A DNA stretch of 61,206 nt from Rhodospirillales bacterium (GCA_038143065.1 JAYQLI010000005.1:1-61206), one strand, 5' to 3'; shown: positions 22,632 to 34,666, counted from the first letter of the stretch. Notes: generated by a model not told the origin, from the sequence alone. Numbers and translations: made by a program.

Positions 22632-22894
22632 ATGCTTAACACTCATGAAGTAAATCTATTTGAACATGTCCTTTGGCACTGCCAAAACGTCTATAAGCTT
22701 AATACTCTTCAAGAAGCTGTAATAGCTGCGAGGCGAGACGGCTTTTAGACTGGGACAACAAACTAACTCCAATTGGGCGACATGTTGCAGAATTAATGAT
22801 GCAAGACTTCGAAAATTATAAATCGCTCTTTGAAGTTGATGTTAAAAAGCCGCCGGGTTATGTTTATCAACCGGCTATCCATCAGCTCCAATAG
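22632..22894 (+). CDS. Small hypothetical protein (frameshifted)
   Basis: RBS GGAGG; MLNTHEVNLFEHVLWHCQ...DWDNKLTPIGRHVAELMMQDF. Confidence 0.45.
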
Positions 22895-23190
22895 TCATGT
22901 CGTATCCCCATGCTTCGTCCAATTGGATCGTGTGTGAGTGATAGCGCCAGCAAACTGTTTATAAGTTATTTAGATCAAAAAACAGTTTTAGATCACCCTC
23001 GTGTGGCTTTAAATGGCTCACCACTGCACTACGTGGGTGAATCCTGCCTGCCTGCAATTATGCGCCGCAGCCGCTGTGTTGACACTGGTAATCTTCGCAT
23101 GTGACAGCCTGACGCCTGAGTGTTGTCTAATGCTTCGTGCTGTAAAGCGAGCGATATGGCTGTGCTTATGCACTCCGTTGAGTAATTGAT
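22842..23190 (-). pseudogene. Phage packaging-associated HNH endonuclease pseudogene
   Basis: One frame reads YRSLYSTKH*TTLRRQA...YQCQHSGCGA*LQAGR.HPRSAVVSHLKPHEGDLKLFFDLNNL*TVCWRYHS...IGADG*PVD, with four in-frame stops; start approximate. Confidence 0.75.
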
Positions 23191-23306
23191 CATATTTTAG
23201 CCATAACCTAGTTTTCACTGGTTGAATTTTATGCAGATAAAATGTGCGTTGAAAGTATACCTATGTATTCTTTGACTATGAGCACTAGCGTTATATTTTT
23301 CACGGT

Positions 23307-23486
23307 ATGAAACGGAAAATCTGCTATAAGTGCGAAGCTATATGCAATTCTTTAAGTGAAGATTGCCCAAGTTGTGGAACATTACTGAGTTCCAAAACCT
23401 TAGACAATTTTAACTTAATGCCTTTGATTGTTGCCGTCTGCGCTTCATTGTTGATAATTGGCGCTATGATTGGCGCCACTGCATAA
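23307..23486 (+). CDS. 59 aa zinc-ribbon protein with C-terminal TM helix (below ORF track cutoff)
   Basis: MKRKICYKCEAICNSLSEDCPSCGTLL...LMPLIVAVCASLLIIGAMIGATA*. Confidence 0.6.
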   Translation: MKRKICYKCEAICNSLSEDCPSCGTLLSSKTLDNFNLMPLIVAVCASLLIIGAMIGATA

Positions 23487-23569
23487 TTCAGCAAATTCAC
23501 AAGTTACTACACTTGATTGATCAATATACATTTGGTCCACACTCAATGTAACAAGTGCAGGCTCTAGGC

Positions 23570-23695
23570 TAGTGTCACACAGCTGTTATAGTTGAACTTT
23601 ATATTATGCTTGCGTGACCGCTTCTCCCGCGGACCAATGGCAGCCAAACATCTTATAAATCAATCTAATCCATTTGCCAACTAATTCAGCATTTC
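23570..23695. repeat. Direct repeat copy 2 of 15736-15862 (decayed DUF2075 start)
   Basis: ATG CAA GCA TAT TAT has become ACG CAA GCA TAA TAT. Confidence 0.8.
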
Positions 23696-23836
23696 TTCAT
23701 ACATGGTTTTATATAAAGCCTTTTCTCAATATAGGGGTGCACCCACGGGTGGAGACTGAGAAAGTTTTTTTGGCATAAAAATGGTGGAAGATGCTATAAT
23801 TCCACTGCTCGCAAACATCATTTAAAGGCTTGGAAA

Positions 23837-25287
23837 ATGACCAATTTCACACTCGAAGATATTGAACATAGCCGCCCTTTAGACGTGCACAGATGGTCAG
23901 ATTTTACCGCAATAAATAACTTAATTAACAGAATGTTCGTTCAGTACTTCCAAGTTAATTTTCACAGTACAGATGCCAAGGCCAGAGCAAAAAAGCATGT
24001 GAAAGTGCTTATTATTGACCTCTTTGTACTGACGACTGAAGACGTATACAAAAGTATCGGCTTACCGATGTCACCAAAGAGTTATCAAAAAGGCTCAAGG
24101 TTCAGATCGCTACACGTCAAAAGCTTGATGATCAATATAGTTGATATGGCTGAAACCGCTGGGTTGATTGAAGTTTGGCGCGGCACGGAGGGAATTTCAC
24201 GCGTCAGCAGAATAAGACCAACCAAACAGCTGTTATCCATCTTTAAGAAAGCTAATCTCAAAAAATTTCAAAGGCAGCTAGCCCAAACCACTAAGCCATC
24301 AATTTTACTACGCAGCGCAGATAAAAAGTTAAGCTTCCAACCACACGAACTACCGTTGAGTGACGAGGACAATCTCCAGCTATCCAGGTCGGCCTTGATA
24401 TTGAAAGAGTATAATGCGCTTCTCGAAAAAACCTTTGTGGACATACCAGACCTAAATTCACCCCGTATCACGACATCAAGAGAAGGCAAACAAACATCAT
24501 ACGCGCTGGTAACACAGTCGAGCAAAACAGTTTATAGAGTATTTAACGACCTGAGTATTGAGAGTGGCGGCAGGTTTTATGGCCCCTTCTGGCAGCAACT
24601 TCCAAAAGAGATTAGAGCGCGCATCTACATTAATGACGAACCAACAGTAGAGATCGACTACTCAGGCATACATATAAATCTTATCTACCATTGCCTCAAT
24701 ATCGACCAAAAGGCTCCTACAGGAGACCCATACGGAAATCCAGCTGCCTCAGCTGGGGATTAATAAACCAAAGCTTAGGCGAATGGCTAAACAGCTTATG
24801 CTAATAGCAATTAATGCCCAGGATCTAAAAACCGCGCTCCAAGCCTTTAGGGCTTGGCTTATCACCCAAAAAGATCTTGGTGAAAACCTACCAAACCTTA
24901 CAAACAAAACATTAAAGCTGATAATCGAAGCATTAAGAGAAAAGCACAAAAGCATAGAACAATATTTCTTCACAGGGTTAGCTAAAAGCCTAACGACAAT
25001 GGACCCATTAATCCTCGAGGAACTTATAGGAGTGTGTACATCCAGAAACATTCCAATTTTAACGATACATGACCTGTGATAGTCCAGTTAAGATATGCGA
25101 AGCTCTAGATCAATTAATGAAGGAAACCTATAAATTAGTTACGAAAAAAGGGGATATAAACACAGACATACTACCTATAAAAAGAGGCCTGGGAAGCATA
25201 GAAACAGGTGCCACAAAGAAAAGAACTAAAAGGTATCTGAAAGAACAACGCCTTCACAACCTACTATACAATGGCCAGGTAACTTAA
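23837..25287 (+). CDS. Uncharacterised family-A DNA polymerase/T7-RNAP-like palm protein of mobile elements (frameshifted)
   Basis: GGRFYG..WQ.LP...R..I.INDEPTVEIDYSGIH (motif A-like), R.MAKQLMLIAINA (motif B-like), ILTIHD (motif C-like) across three ORFs. Confidence 0.6.
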
Positions 25288-25607
25288 CACAGACACCCAT
25301 TCCATTACGGGAAAAGTTAATTCCATCAAAGCTACTTCTCATCAAACACTTACGTTCATTCCGCGTAGCTTTATAGAGATCGAATTTAAAAGTGTTAACT
25401 ACCAGCTGCTAAGGCGTCGGCTGAATTAGTATCTCAAGCACCTGTATCCTGATCAATAGAGTGTTTCAGAAAGGTTTGCGTCATCTGTCACAATACAATA
25501 CAAATGTCACATCGAACAGGTGAATATTCGCCAAATTTGACAAATAAAACTTTTCGTGGAATTCTGCTTGGTGCGTTTGCTTTTAAAGAGTTATTTTTAT
25601 TTAAAGA

Positions 25608-25625
25608 TGGTGCCCGGGGCGGATT
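25608..25625 (-). repeat. tRNA-Phe 3'-end fragment (att core)
   Basis: TGGTGCCCGGGGCGGATT matches 10245 and 52957 (one G short). Confidence 0.8.
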
Positions 25626-25969
25626 GTGGCTCCGCCAACAGGCGCCATGTTCATCTAACCAGGCTGATTTATCCTGTGATTTCATTATGGCCTATACGCC
25701 TTGCCAACGTCAATCAGGCATTAAAACCACTACGGTATTCACTACGGCTAGAGAGCACCTACACGAGTGCCAGCGCACACCCTTATGGATACCGTGCATG
25801 ACCCTGACCTGAGAGTTAGATTTACCAATCGTCAACTAACCTCATAAGACCGTTTCATCGGGGTCTTGACGGTTTTATCTGACTAGTGGATGGAGGTATT
25901 GTGCATCCAGCTTATACGAGGTGATGTCTTATATATTATTACCCCTCTTCGTAAAAGAAGAGAGATAAC

Positions 25970-26071
25970 AGTGTAGGGAATGTAGCAATGTAGGCAAATC
26001 CGAAAAGTCCTCAGAGAATTCCCCAGAAAAGTTTTCCAAAAATGCCTACATTGCCTACAATACCTACATTG
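25970..26071. other. Putative iteron replication origin (copy 2)
   Basis: Three TGTAG(G) repeats at ~9 bp period facing three inverted CCTACA repeats. Confidence 0.6.
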
Positions 26072-26089
26072 GTCGGGGTTAGAGATGGA

Positions 26090-26539
26090 TTACCGGTTGG
26101 ATACCGTGCCATTGCATTCCGCTAGAGGAACGGATTGGCAAACATTTGGGAGTTTATCCATGGCTTTAAAAGCATTAGTCGACTGCGGTTTGCGACCGAT
26201 GGCCTGACAGTATTGGCGGTAAGCCTCGTACAGTTTAGAAGCTGAATACTTAGTATCTGCCTCTAGGCTACATTCCTGCTCAATAAACTGAGCGATGCTA
26301 TCCATCTCGGTCTTGTAAGCCCTGACTTGGTCAAGGACCACTCTGCGGTGGTCTAAGCCTTGCTCTTGCCAAATCCAAACACCCCTTGATCGCCCAATTA
26401 AGGATGCCGGGGGAGTTCCGTTGTCAGTTTAATACCAAGGTCTTTGTCTTGCTGTTCTGCAGTAAAGGTACGGTTGAACGGTATAGCGTATGCGCCGCCA
26501 GATACCGTGGTCAGTATTATTGATCTGAGGGAGACTGTT
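26090..26539 (-). pseudogene. 3' fragment of the primase-helicase gene
   Basis: AIPFNRTFTAEQQDKDLGIKL and YKTEMDSIAQFIEQEC match the C-terminus of 48960-51113. Confidence 0.85.
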
Positions 26540-26682
26540 GTTGATGGTTGAATTTGCTTTTGTAATTCAAACCAATTTTTGAATCTCTGACGCAACCCAT
26601 CGATAAATCGTTATAAAAATCCCGGTGCGTGTTTGAAATGTGATAGTAAGCCGATCGAACAGAATTGAACTTTCTTCAAAGC

Positions 26683-27343
26683 TTAATGCCCTTTAGCAAG
26701 TCGGCGCTGGCGCGATCACCGCGTGTAATTTGCGTCTTAAGAACCGTTTTAGCGGCTTTCAGTTTCCCGTCTTTGAGAAGCGCGGTGACGCCTGATGTTC
26801 CTCAAAGGATTTGGTTAGTGCGATCTTTGGTTTTAGAAAGGTAAGTACGCATGGTTTTGACGATGTCTGCCACTTTATTATAGCCCTCGCAGAGGTAGTG
26901 GTTCCTGCAATGGTTGAAAAATGTATCATGAAAATCTGAATCAAGATCGAGATAATGTTCAAATGCGCCAGAGTCTCGGGCTGTCGCCATCTTTATCACA
27001 ATATATTCCAGCTCTGTTACCAATGCCACGGGAGATTTCGCAAATGACTGATCGAGTGCCGCGGTTTCTAAGAGCAGTCGAAACTGGCAAGCTGAACAAT
27101 TTCCTGCTTTGACAGGCTGAAAACGAAAGCACCTCTTTGAGGTATGATTTGAACCAAGCCCTGAAGATTAAGCGCTGACAGAGCCTTCGCGAATCGGTGT
27201 TTTACTAATCTATAGCATCAGATAATTTACTGAGAAGCGATCTGCCCATCCGAAACCTGCCCCTAACAATACTTTCTCTGATATGATCTTCTGCTATTTT
27301 ACTTCAATGAATTCGGTCGTTTAATTTGCATCGGCCCGGTCAT
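26683..27343 (-). CDS. GntR family regulator with FCD domain (frameshifted)
   Basis: MQIKRPNSL...ISKTPIREGS.SALNLQGLVQIIPQRGAFVF...YLDLDSDFHDTFF. Confidence 0.75.
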
Positions 27344-27402
27344 GCTTTGTCTATCCTTTAGCTTCTCTTGGAAGATAGCACATCATTTGTTGATTTCCAA
27401 AA

Positions 27403-27424
27403 TATATCTGATATGTCAGATATA
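27403..27424. promoter_or_regulatory. Putative GntR operator ATCTGA-N4-TCAGAT
   Basis: TATATCTGA-TATG-TCAGATATA palindrome between divergent gntR and dctP. Confidence 0.65.
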
Positions 27425-27464
27425 AGATCTTAAATTAACTGCAACCAAATCCAGGGAGGATATT

Positions 27465-28457
27465 TTGTTTAAGAAATCTACATTGGCACTAAGCGTTTTA
27501 TTGTCGGCAGGGCTCGCTTTTGCAGCATCGGCAGGAACAACCATAAAAGTTGGGCATGGCGCAAAGGAAGCGTTCCATATGCATCGTGCGCTTTTGAAAT
27601 TTGAGGAACTGGTCGAAGCTGGATCGGGCGGTGAAATCGATGTTCAAATTTTCCCATCCTCGCAAATGGGACCAGATCGTGAAATGATCGAAGGTGTTCA
27701 AACTGGCGTTCTAGAAATGGCCATTCCGCCATCTTCTTTTCTTTGCAGGCTGGACCCAGCCTTTGCCGTTATCGAGCTCCTTATATGTATGCTTCTAAAG
27801 ACATCGCTTTTGATGTGCTGGATGGCAGCGCCGGCGATGGAATGTTATCTCGGGTCGAAAATCAAGGTTTGGTCGGGCTCGGATGGCTCGAGCTCGGTGT
27901 ACGCAACGTTACAAATAATGTGAGACCGGTTGCCACACCAGAAGATCTAGAAGGCGGAAGTTGCGGACGATGAAAGTTCCAGCCCATGTTGCAACTTTCG
28001 AAACGCTCGGCGCCAACCCCACGCCAATGAATTTTGGCGAGGTTTATTCTGCGCTTCAGCAAGGCGTGATTGACGGACAAGAAAATCCTTGCAATCATCA
28101 CCTCAGCGATTTTACGAAGTGCAAAAATATCTATCGACAACCGGACATGTTTTCGCAGTTTATATGCCGGTTATTTCAAAACCCTTCTTTGAAAGCCTTT
28201 TCAGCAGAGCACCAAAAACTTGTAAGAGATCTGATGGCTGCGGCGCGTGATCATCAGGCGCAGTTGGTTGCTGGTGAGGATGCTGCGCAATTAGAACAAA
28301 TTCGCGCAGCAGGTGTGGAAGTCTTAGAGCTGACAGCTGAACAGCGTCAAGTGTTCGCAGACAAGACCGAAAGCGTTCGCCTCCAGTATCGTGAAAAGGT
28401 TGGTGCAGAGGCCTATGACAACTGGTTTCGGCGGTAGCTGCTGTAAGCGTTAAGTAA
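27465..28457 (+). CDS. dctP: TRAP transporter substrate-binding protein (frameshifted)
   Basis: IFPSSQMGPDREMIEGVQTG; GANPTPMNFGEVYSALQQGVIDGQENP. Confidence 0.9.
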
Positions 28458-28484
28458 TCTTGACCAACAGCTTTTGCACAACAA

Positions 28485-28513
28485 GGCATCCGAGCCTACG
28501 AAGTTCGGATGCC
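28485..28513. terminator. Intergenic hairpin after dctP
   Basis: GGCATCCGA...TCGGATGCC stem. Confidence 0.5.
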
Positions 28514-28535
28514 ATTCTTCATCATGGGGCAAACA

Positions 28536-29020
28536 ATGTCTGTAATTAAATGGATTGATGCAATGCAGAGAAAGCTCTGGCGAGCACTTTGTTGGCGATG
28601 ATTGTTTTGCTGATTTTTATAAATGTGTTCATGCGCTACATCATGAATGCTTCACTTTCTTGGGGAGAAGAGCTTACCCTTTGGCTATTTGTTTGGTTCG
28701 TTTGGTTGGGCGTCAGCTATGCGTTTCACACCGGCGATCACGTGCGGATCACGAGCTGCGCGATCTTCAGTGCGCGCACCTGACTTTATGCAGATGTGAT
28801 GATAAGTCTCTGCGTTCTTGTCTTCCTTTTTATTCTAACTTTTGAATGCATCAAGCTGATTATGATGCCGTTTGTCATCAGTCAGAGCTCGGTGGTTTTG
28901 GGTTTGCCAATTCCTATTATTCTTTACGCCTCAGCACCCGTAGGTGCGGCCCTATCAACGATCCGTGTCGTCCAACATTTGATACGAACGTTGCGTCTCA
29001 TCGCAAACACAAAAGGTTAG
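28536..29020 (+). CDS. dctQ: TRAP transporter small permease
   Basis: NVFMRY...SWGEEL...W..WLG.SY.....HVRI; four TM segments. Confidence 0.85.
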
Positions 29021-29029
29021 GGAGACGAA

Positions 29030-30311
29030 ATGCTTGCAATAACTCTTTTTCTTACGCTTTTGGCGCTGCTTTTGTTCAGCGTCCTGATTGGTATTTGCCT
29101 CGGCCTTGCGACAATGATCGTGATGGTTCTTGTGGATGGCACTCCGCCGCTTGTGCTGTTGGCGCGCTCCGTGGTGACGGGGGCAGATCTTCCCTTTGAT
29201 CGCAGTGCCCTTATTCATTCTGGCAGGCGATCTCATGCAACATGGAGGCATGTCGCGTCGTTTGGTAGGCTTTGCCAATGCGCTCATAGGTCATATTCGC
29301 GGCGGTCTGGCATATGTGAACGTTTTGGCCTGCGTCTTTTTTGCCGCGATCTCGGGATCCTCCCCTGCCACCGTGGCTGCTATTGGCTCAAACATGATCC
29401 CAGAGATGGAAAAAGTTGGTTACACGCGAAAATTTACCGGTGCTCTCACGGCCTCCTCTGGTATGATAGGCGTGATGATCCCTCCAAGCATTCCTTTTAT
29501 CATATATGGTGTCACAGCCGAGGTTTCGATTGGCAAACTGTTTTTGGCAGGCATCATCCCCGGGGTTTTGTTCGCATTAATGTTTATGCTCGTGGCGCGG
29601 TTTTACTCGCGAAATGATGACGTTATCCAGAAATCTGCTGTTGCCTTCTTCGGGGCCGAGCGTTTGGCAAAGCTTTCGAAGCCTCGATTTGGGCGCTCTT
29701 GGTGCCGGTGATCATCCTTGGGGGTATTTACAGTGGCATCTTCACTCCAACAGAGGCCGGAGCGGTCGCCGTGGTTTACGCAACCCTTATCAGCATTTTT
29801 GTGTATGGTGATATTACCTTGAAAGACGCCAGAAATTTTGGCCAGCAGCGCAAAGACAAGCGGCACAATTTTGGTGCTTGTGGTTATGGCAACCGCCTTT
29901 GGACGGTTGATTACACTGGCGCGTATTCCGAGCGATTTGGCCATGAGCATTACCAGTCTGTCAGACAATCCAATTATCATTTTGTTGCTGATTAATTTGC
30001 TTCTTCTAGTGATTGGAATGTTCATGGAAACAATTTCTTCGATCATTATCATGACTCCAATTCTGTTACCGGTCGCCACTGCGCTTGGGGTTGATCCAAT
30101 ACTGTTTGGCGTCATTTTGACGGTTAATCTGGCGATAGGTTTTTGTACACCGCCTTTAGGCGTTAACCTGTTCGTAGCCAGCAGCATCTCCAAGGTCTCG
30201 ATCGAAAGCCTAAGTCGCGCGATTTTGCCGTTTTTCGTTGGAATGATCATTCTGTTGATGCTCGTTACCTATATTCCCTCCATTTCATTGGCAGTTCCGT
30301 CGCTATGGTGA
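29030..30311 (+). CDS. dctM: TRAP transporter large permease
   Basis: AVPLFILAG, FAAISGSSPAT, IPPSIP, GIFTPTEAG, TPPLGVNLF. Confidence 0.9.
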
Positions 30312-30358
30312 GGCGACTTAACGCCTCGATCAAAAGGTTAAAATATTAAAGGACCCTG

Positions 30359-31551
30359 ATGATGGATCTGGACTTATCTCATCCCTCAATAGAAGATTTA
30401 CGGAAGACTGCGCGCAAGCGCATACCGAGATTTGCCTTTGAATATTTGGACAGTGCAACGGGCAGAGAACTGGGTTTGCAGATTAACCGTGATGCCTTGG
30501 ATGCGATTGGCTTTATGCCCAGCGTTTTATGCGGGCGGACCAAAGCTGACCTTTGCAAACCACATTACTGGGGCAAACTTATGATCTACCCTTTGGGATC
30601 GCACCCATAGGTATGGCCGGGCTGATGTGGGCAGGGGCTGAACGCTTGCTTGCGCAGGCCTCTGTTGCACATAATATCCCCTTTTCACTGTCAAGCGTGG
30701 CTGTTGCATCTCCTGAAGACGTAGCACCCTATATAGGCCAAAATGGGTGGTTTCAGCATTATCCGGTGAATTCTGGCGCGTTGCGGCGCGCCATGCTCAA
30801 ACGGATCAAGGCTGCTGGCTTTAAAACCTTAATCTTTACGGTTGATATTCCGGAAGAAAGCCGGCGTGAGCGCCAGCGTCGCGCCAACCTTACGGTTCCT
30901 CCTAAAGCAGATTTGCGCACAATTGCGAATATGCTTGTGCGGCCCGCTTGGTGCCTTGCGCATCTACGTGAAGGCATCGTGCCGCGGATGCGTTTTTTTG
31001 ATGATTACATTCCGCAACGCGGCAGAGAAAGCTTTACCCATGCCGGCGCTTTGATCCGCGGCATTCCGGATTGGCAATATCTGCACGAATTACGAGAAGA
31101 ATGGGACGGGCATCTTATTGCCAAAGGCGTTTTGCGCCCAAAAGACGCCAAGCGCATGGTAGAGGCGGGCATTGATTGTATTTGGGTCTCTAATCACTCT
31201 GGCCGGCAATTCGAAGCAGGCCCTGCTGTGATCGACCAATTACCAAAAATTCGTGAAGCTGTCGGGCCGGAGGTATCGCTGATCTACGATTCAGGTGTGG
31301 CATGGGGATTAGACGTCATGCGTGCCTTGGCCAAAGGCGCTGATTTCGTGATGCTGGGGCGGGCCTTTCAATATGCGGTCGCGGCTTTTGGCGCGCGCGG
31401 TATTGATCATGTGATCCATATTCTTAAAACTGATATTGAGGCAAATATGAGCCAGCTTGGTGCAGAAAAACCAGCCAACTGGCAGATTATTTTTTGCCAT
31501 AAATCTGAAGTTAGATCCTGCCAAGCAAGGAAGATATCGCGTTTCCGATAG
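30359..31551 (+). CDS. FMN-dependent alpha-hydroxy acid oxidase/dehydrogenase (LldD-like)
   Basis: ARKRIPRFAFEYLD; PFGIAPIG; VSNHSGRQ; DSG...GLD. Confidence 0.85.
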
Positions 31552-31901
31552 CGCGGGTTTTTCACCCGGCTTTTTTAAGGAGTTTGCCCCCTGTCTCAGG
31601 CCTGTGCGGCTAATCTAACTCGATCGATACCGATACGTTTGAAGGGTTTCACTCCTAAAAAGATCAAGTGATTGGCAAGCGCTGTTGATTTAAAGTTCCA
31701 TCAAGATCGCGCGACCCAGCCGTTGGTTTCCATAATCGGCCGAGTTGTTCAACTTTCCCTCATTTTATTCACGTCCGATCCGCCAAGAAAGCATTGTTCT
31801 CGCCGCGGTAGCCCTTGTCGAAAATCTTCGCACATGACCGCAAGATCCCTTCTCAATCGAGAGTTTTATAAACCCCGGCGATGAAACGGCTTAGCAGAAC
31901 A

Positions 31902-32420
31902 TCATCGAATAAATTGCTCAACGAAATCTTCACCAAGACCCATGTCAGAAAAGTGCTTCCGACAAAGGTCGATTTTGGTGAAAACGTCTTCATATCCAGT
32001 GACTTTGCCCCATGGGTCAACATAGCACATTACGCCGTTTACCTGAAAATATGTGATCATCTCATCCACTTCGTCGGGCACCACCAACGTGTGAGTTTCG
32101 CCCGGCGGCTCGTAGACATAACTACCTTCTTCGGCTGTCCAATCATGTTCTAAATAATGCCAGCGCCCTTTTAACACAAATCCATGAACCGGCTGCGGAT
32201 GGCGGTGGCGCGACAGAACACCTGCTTTTTTAACTTTTAACAGGTTCATCCAATATCCTTGCGACCGATTGAGGCATAAGGGCCGAAACCATACATTTTC
32301 TGCCTGCGGCACCCAAAGCCTTTCATCTTCGCTTACGGCGTTAGGAATTACGATTTCCTCCTGCGCATCCTTTGGAAATGGCAGTTGGTAGGGCATAAGG
32401 GCGCTGTCTTGATCTTTCAT
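31902..32420 (-). CDS. 2,4'-dihydroxyacetophenone dioxygenase-family cupin
   Basis: RHRHPQPVHG...GRWHYLEHDW....YVYEPPGETHTL. Confidence 0.8.
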   Translation of the reverse strand: MKDQDSALMPYQLPFPKDAQEEIVIPNAVSEDERLWVPQAENVWFRPLCLNRSQGYWMNLLKVKKAGVLSRHRHPQPVHGFVLKGRWHYLEHDWTAEEGSYVYEPPGETHTLVVPDEVDEMITYFQVNGVMCYVDPWGKVTGYEDVFTKIDLCRKHFSDMGLGEDFVEQFIR

Positions 32421-32430
32421 TGTGTTCCTT

Positions 32431-33131
32431 TCACATTGCGAGATAGCCGCCATCGACGGGGTAAATTGATCCCGTTACGAAGCTGGCATTGTCGCTTAAA
32501 AGCCACTGCACCAGCGCTCCAACTTCATCGGGCTTTCCCCATCTTTTCATTGGCGTGCGCGCCATAATAGCATCGGTTCGCTGCCTATCCTCTCGGAGGC
32601 CTTGCGTCATTTCGGTTTCGATCCAACCAGGTGCAATCGCATTTACGCGGATATTATCTTCTGCCCATTGCCCGGCCAAGGCTTTGGTAAGTTGCGATAC
32701 ACCCCTTTAGAGGCTGAATAGGCTGGCACCAGTGGTCCTCCAAAACTGCTTAACATCGAGGCCGTATTCACGATTGCCCCGCTGGTTTTGGCCAAAAGCG
32801 GCTGGGCGGCAAGACAACACCGCATTGTTCCGGTCAGATTTACATCAAGCACTTTGGTGAATATATCGATATCATATTCTTGCCCGCGCGACAGAATACC
32901 CGCACAATTCACCAAGCCATCAAGTTGCGATACCGTTGCAAATAATGAATCTATTGAAGCCTGATCCGTGACATCCAGCAGAGCAACAGTGATCCCATCT
33001 TGCGACGGGAAGGCGTCGAGCTCGGCTGCCGAGGCGGAGGCTGCAATCACCGACCAACCTGCATCGGCCAGGCTGCGCGCCACGCCGGCGCCAATGCCGC
33101 GCGTGCCACCCGTCACGAGAGCCTGTTTCAT
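32431..33131 (-). CDS. SDR family oxidoreductase
   Basis: TGGTRGIG; YSASK; RVNAIAPG; one frameshift. Confidence 0.9.
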
Positions 33132-33749
33132 GTAAGTTCCTTCCATGCTGCTGCAAATGCCCGCGCCCGCGCGCGGATATCATCCAGTGCATATTCTGGC
33201 TTAAAAGCGCGGAGCCCAAGCCGAATCCGTTTGCCCCTGCGCTATGATAGGCGGCCATGTTATCAGGAGCAATCCCGCCAACAACGGCGATCAAAGCCTC
33301 TGGTGGTAACACCGCACGCAGCGCCGCAATAGCCTTTGGTGGCGCCATTTCGGCTGGAAAGAACTTAAGGGCCGAGGCGCCAAGCTCCAACGCCCTGAAC
33401 GCTTCTGAGGGCGTCATAACGCCCGGGCACCAGAACAGCCCCTTGGCTTTGGCTGCGCGGCCCACATCTGGGTTCATATTGGGAGACACGATAATCCGCC
33501 CCCTGCCTCCGGCAACGGCGTTTACTTGCGCGGGGGTTATCACAGTCCCGGCGCCAATCAAAGCGTTGTCAGCGTGTTGCTCGGCAATCCTTGCGATTGA
33601 TATCAACGGCTCAGGAGAGTTCAACGGAACCTCGATGATCTTAAACCCAGCCTCTACAAGCATATCGGCTACGGCCAAAGCATTTTTACCTCGAGCCCGC
33701 GTAAGATTGCGATCAACGGGTTTTCAGAAAACCCGGCAGCAAAATCCAT
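33128..33749 (-). CDS. dgoA: 2-dehydro-3-deoxy-6-phosphogalactonate aldolase
   Basis: PLIAILRG; IEVPLNSPEPL.SI; GAGTV; LKFFPAE; GFGLGSAL. Confidence 0.9.
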
Positions 33750-34666
33750 CATTCGATCAACCCTGCTGCGCGGGCAATCAAGAAATGCCCTTTGGCAACG
33801 ACGTCATCCGGTGCGCGGCAACTCTTAAATCCAGCCGCATCAAGCGCGGTTTGATATCGATCTGATAAATCATCGCGTCCAATTATGGTGATTGCACCAA
33901 GATCTTTCACATCCGCGGTGACCGCCGCCACTTCAGTACCAATCAAAAGCCCAGACATATAGTCTGCCGTTGCGCCTTTGTTATTTTCCCCATCAGCGGA
34001 AGGGTGCGCACATGAAACAAATTATGCAGCAGGTTTGACTGACCTTTAACGCCCGCTTGCACCCCCATTTCGAAGGCTTCTTTGCTGAACTTATCAGCTT
34101 CCATCAACGTTCCTAGGATTGTATGTTCTTTCAGGGCTGCAAAAATTTCACCAGTCATATAGGTTGAAAAATCCAATATTTTTTCCTGCGCGACTTTGAC
34201 CCATTTGCTATGGGTGCCAGGCATTACGAAAACACCGTCCTTAAAACCAAGCGCTGAGGCACCAATAATCTGCGTTTCTTCGCCTCGCATTACGTCAGGG
34301 CCCCTGAAATCTTCAGTAGAGGCGCCGGTCACAAAATGAATATGGGTCCCGCTTTCAGCTTGATGCGGCACCAAAGCGCGCGCCAGACCCTTGGCATCTA
34401 GCGGCATATCCGCATAGGGTGTTTCAACCCAACCGTTTCGGCTGGTGATCATACCGGAGGCCAGAATTGGCAGCGCGTTTTGGGCGACCCAGGCCAATGA
34501 GGCGGTCAAGCACCGCCTCAAAAGAGTTTTTCGATATCTGCATAATTCCTTCAGAGGATGATACCCCTTCGATGACTTCGCCTTGGGTTCCGATGAGGAA
34601 GGCGCGCAGCGATGAAGTTCCCCAATCAACCCCGATGAGCGCTGGCTCAGATTCGGCCAAATTCAT
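33749..34666 (-). CDS. dgoK: 2-dehydro-3-deoxygalactonokinase
   Basis: IGVDWGTSSLRA; GMITSRNGW.E; DVMRGEETQ; PGTHSKW; MTGE. Confidence 0.9.

Larger units (their letters stand above)
25608..26539 (-). repeat. ~930 bp inverted repeat, left copy (att + conserved non-coding region + ori + primase 3' end)
   Basis: Reverse complement of 50649-51589 with scattered substitutions. Confidence 0.9.

Noticed and set aside
10385-25607. Complete prophage
   Set aside because: No portal, capsid, tail or lysis genes; terL is present only as short fragments.
25504-25812. Small ORFs across the att and repeat (also 51396-51590)
   Set aside because: They start in or cross the tRNA fragment and are not frame-conserved between copies; probably spurious.
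31560-31890. Possible IS remnant between convergent operons
   Set aside because: No terminal inverted repeats or transposase motif could be recognised.
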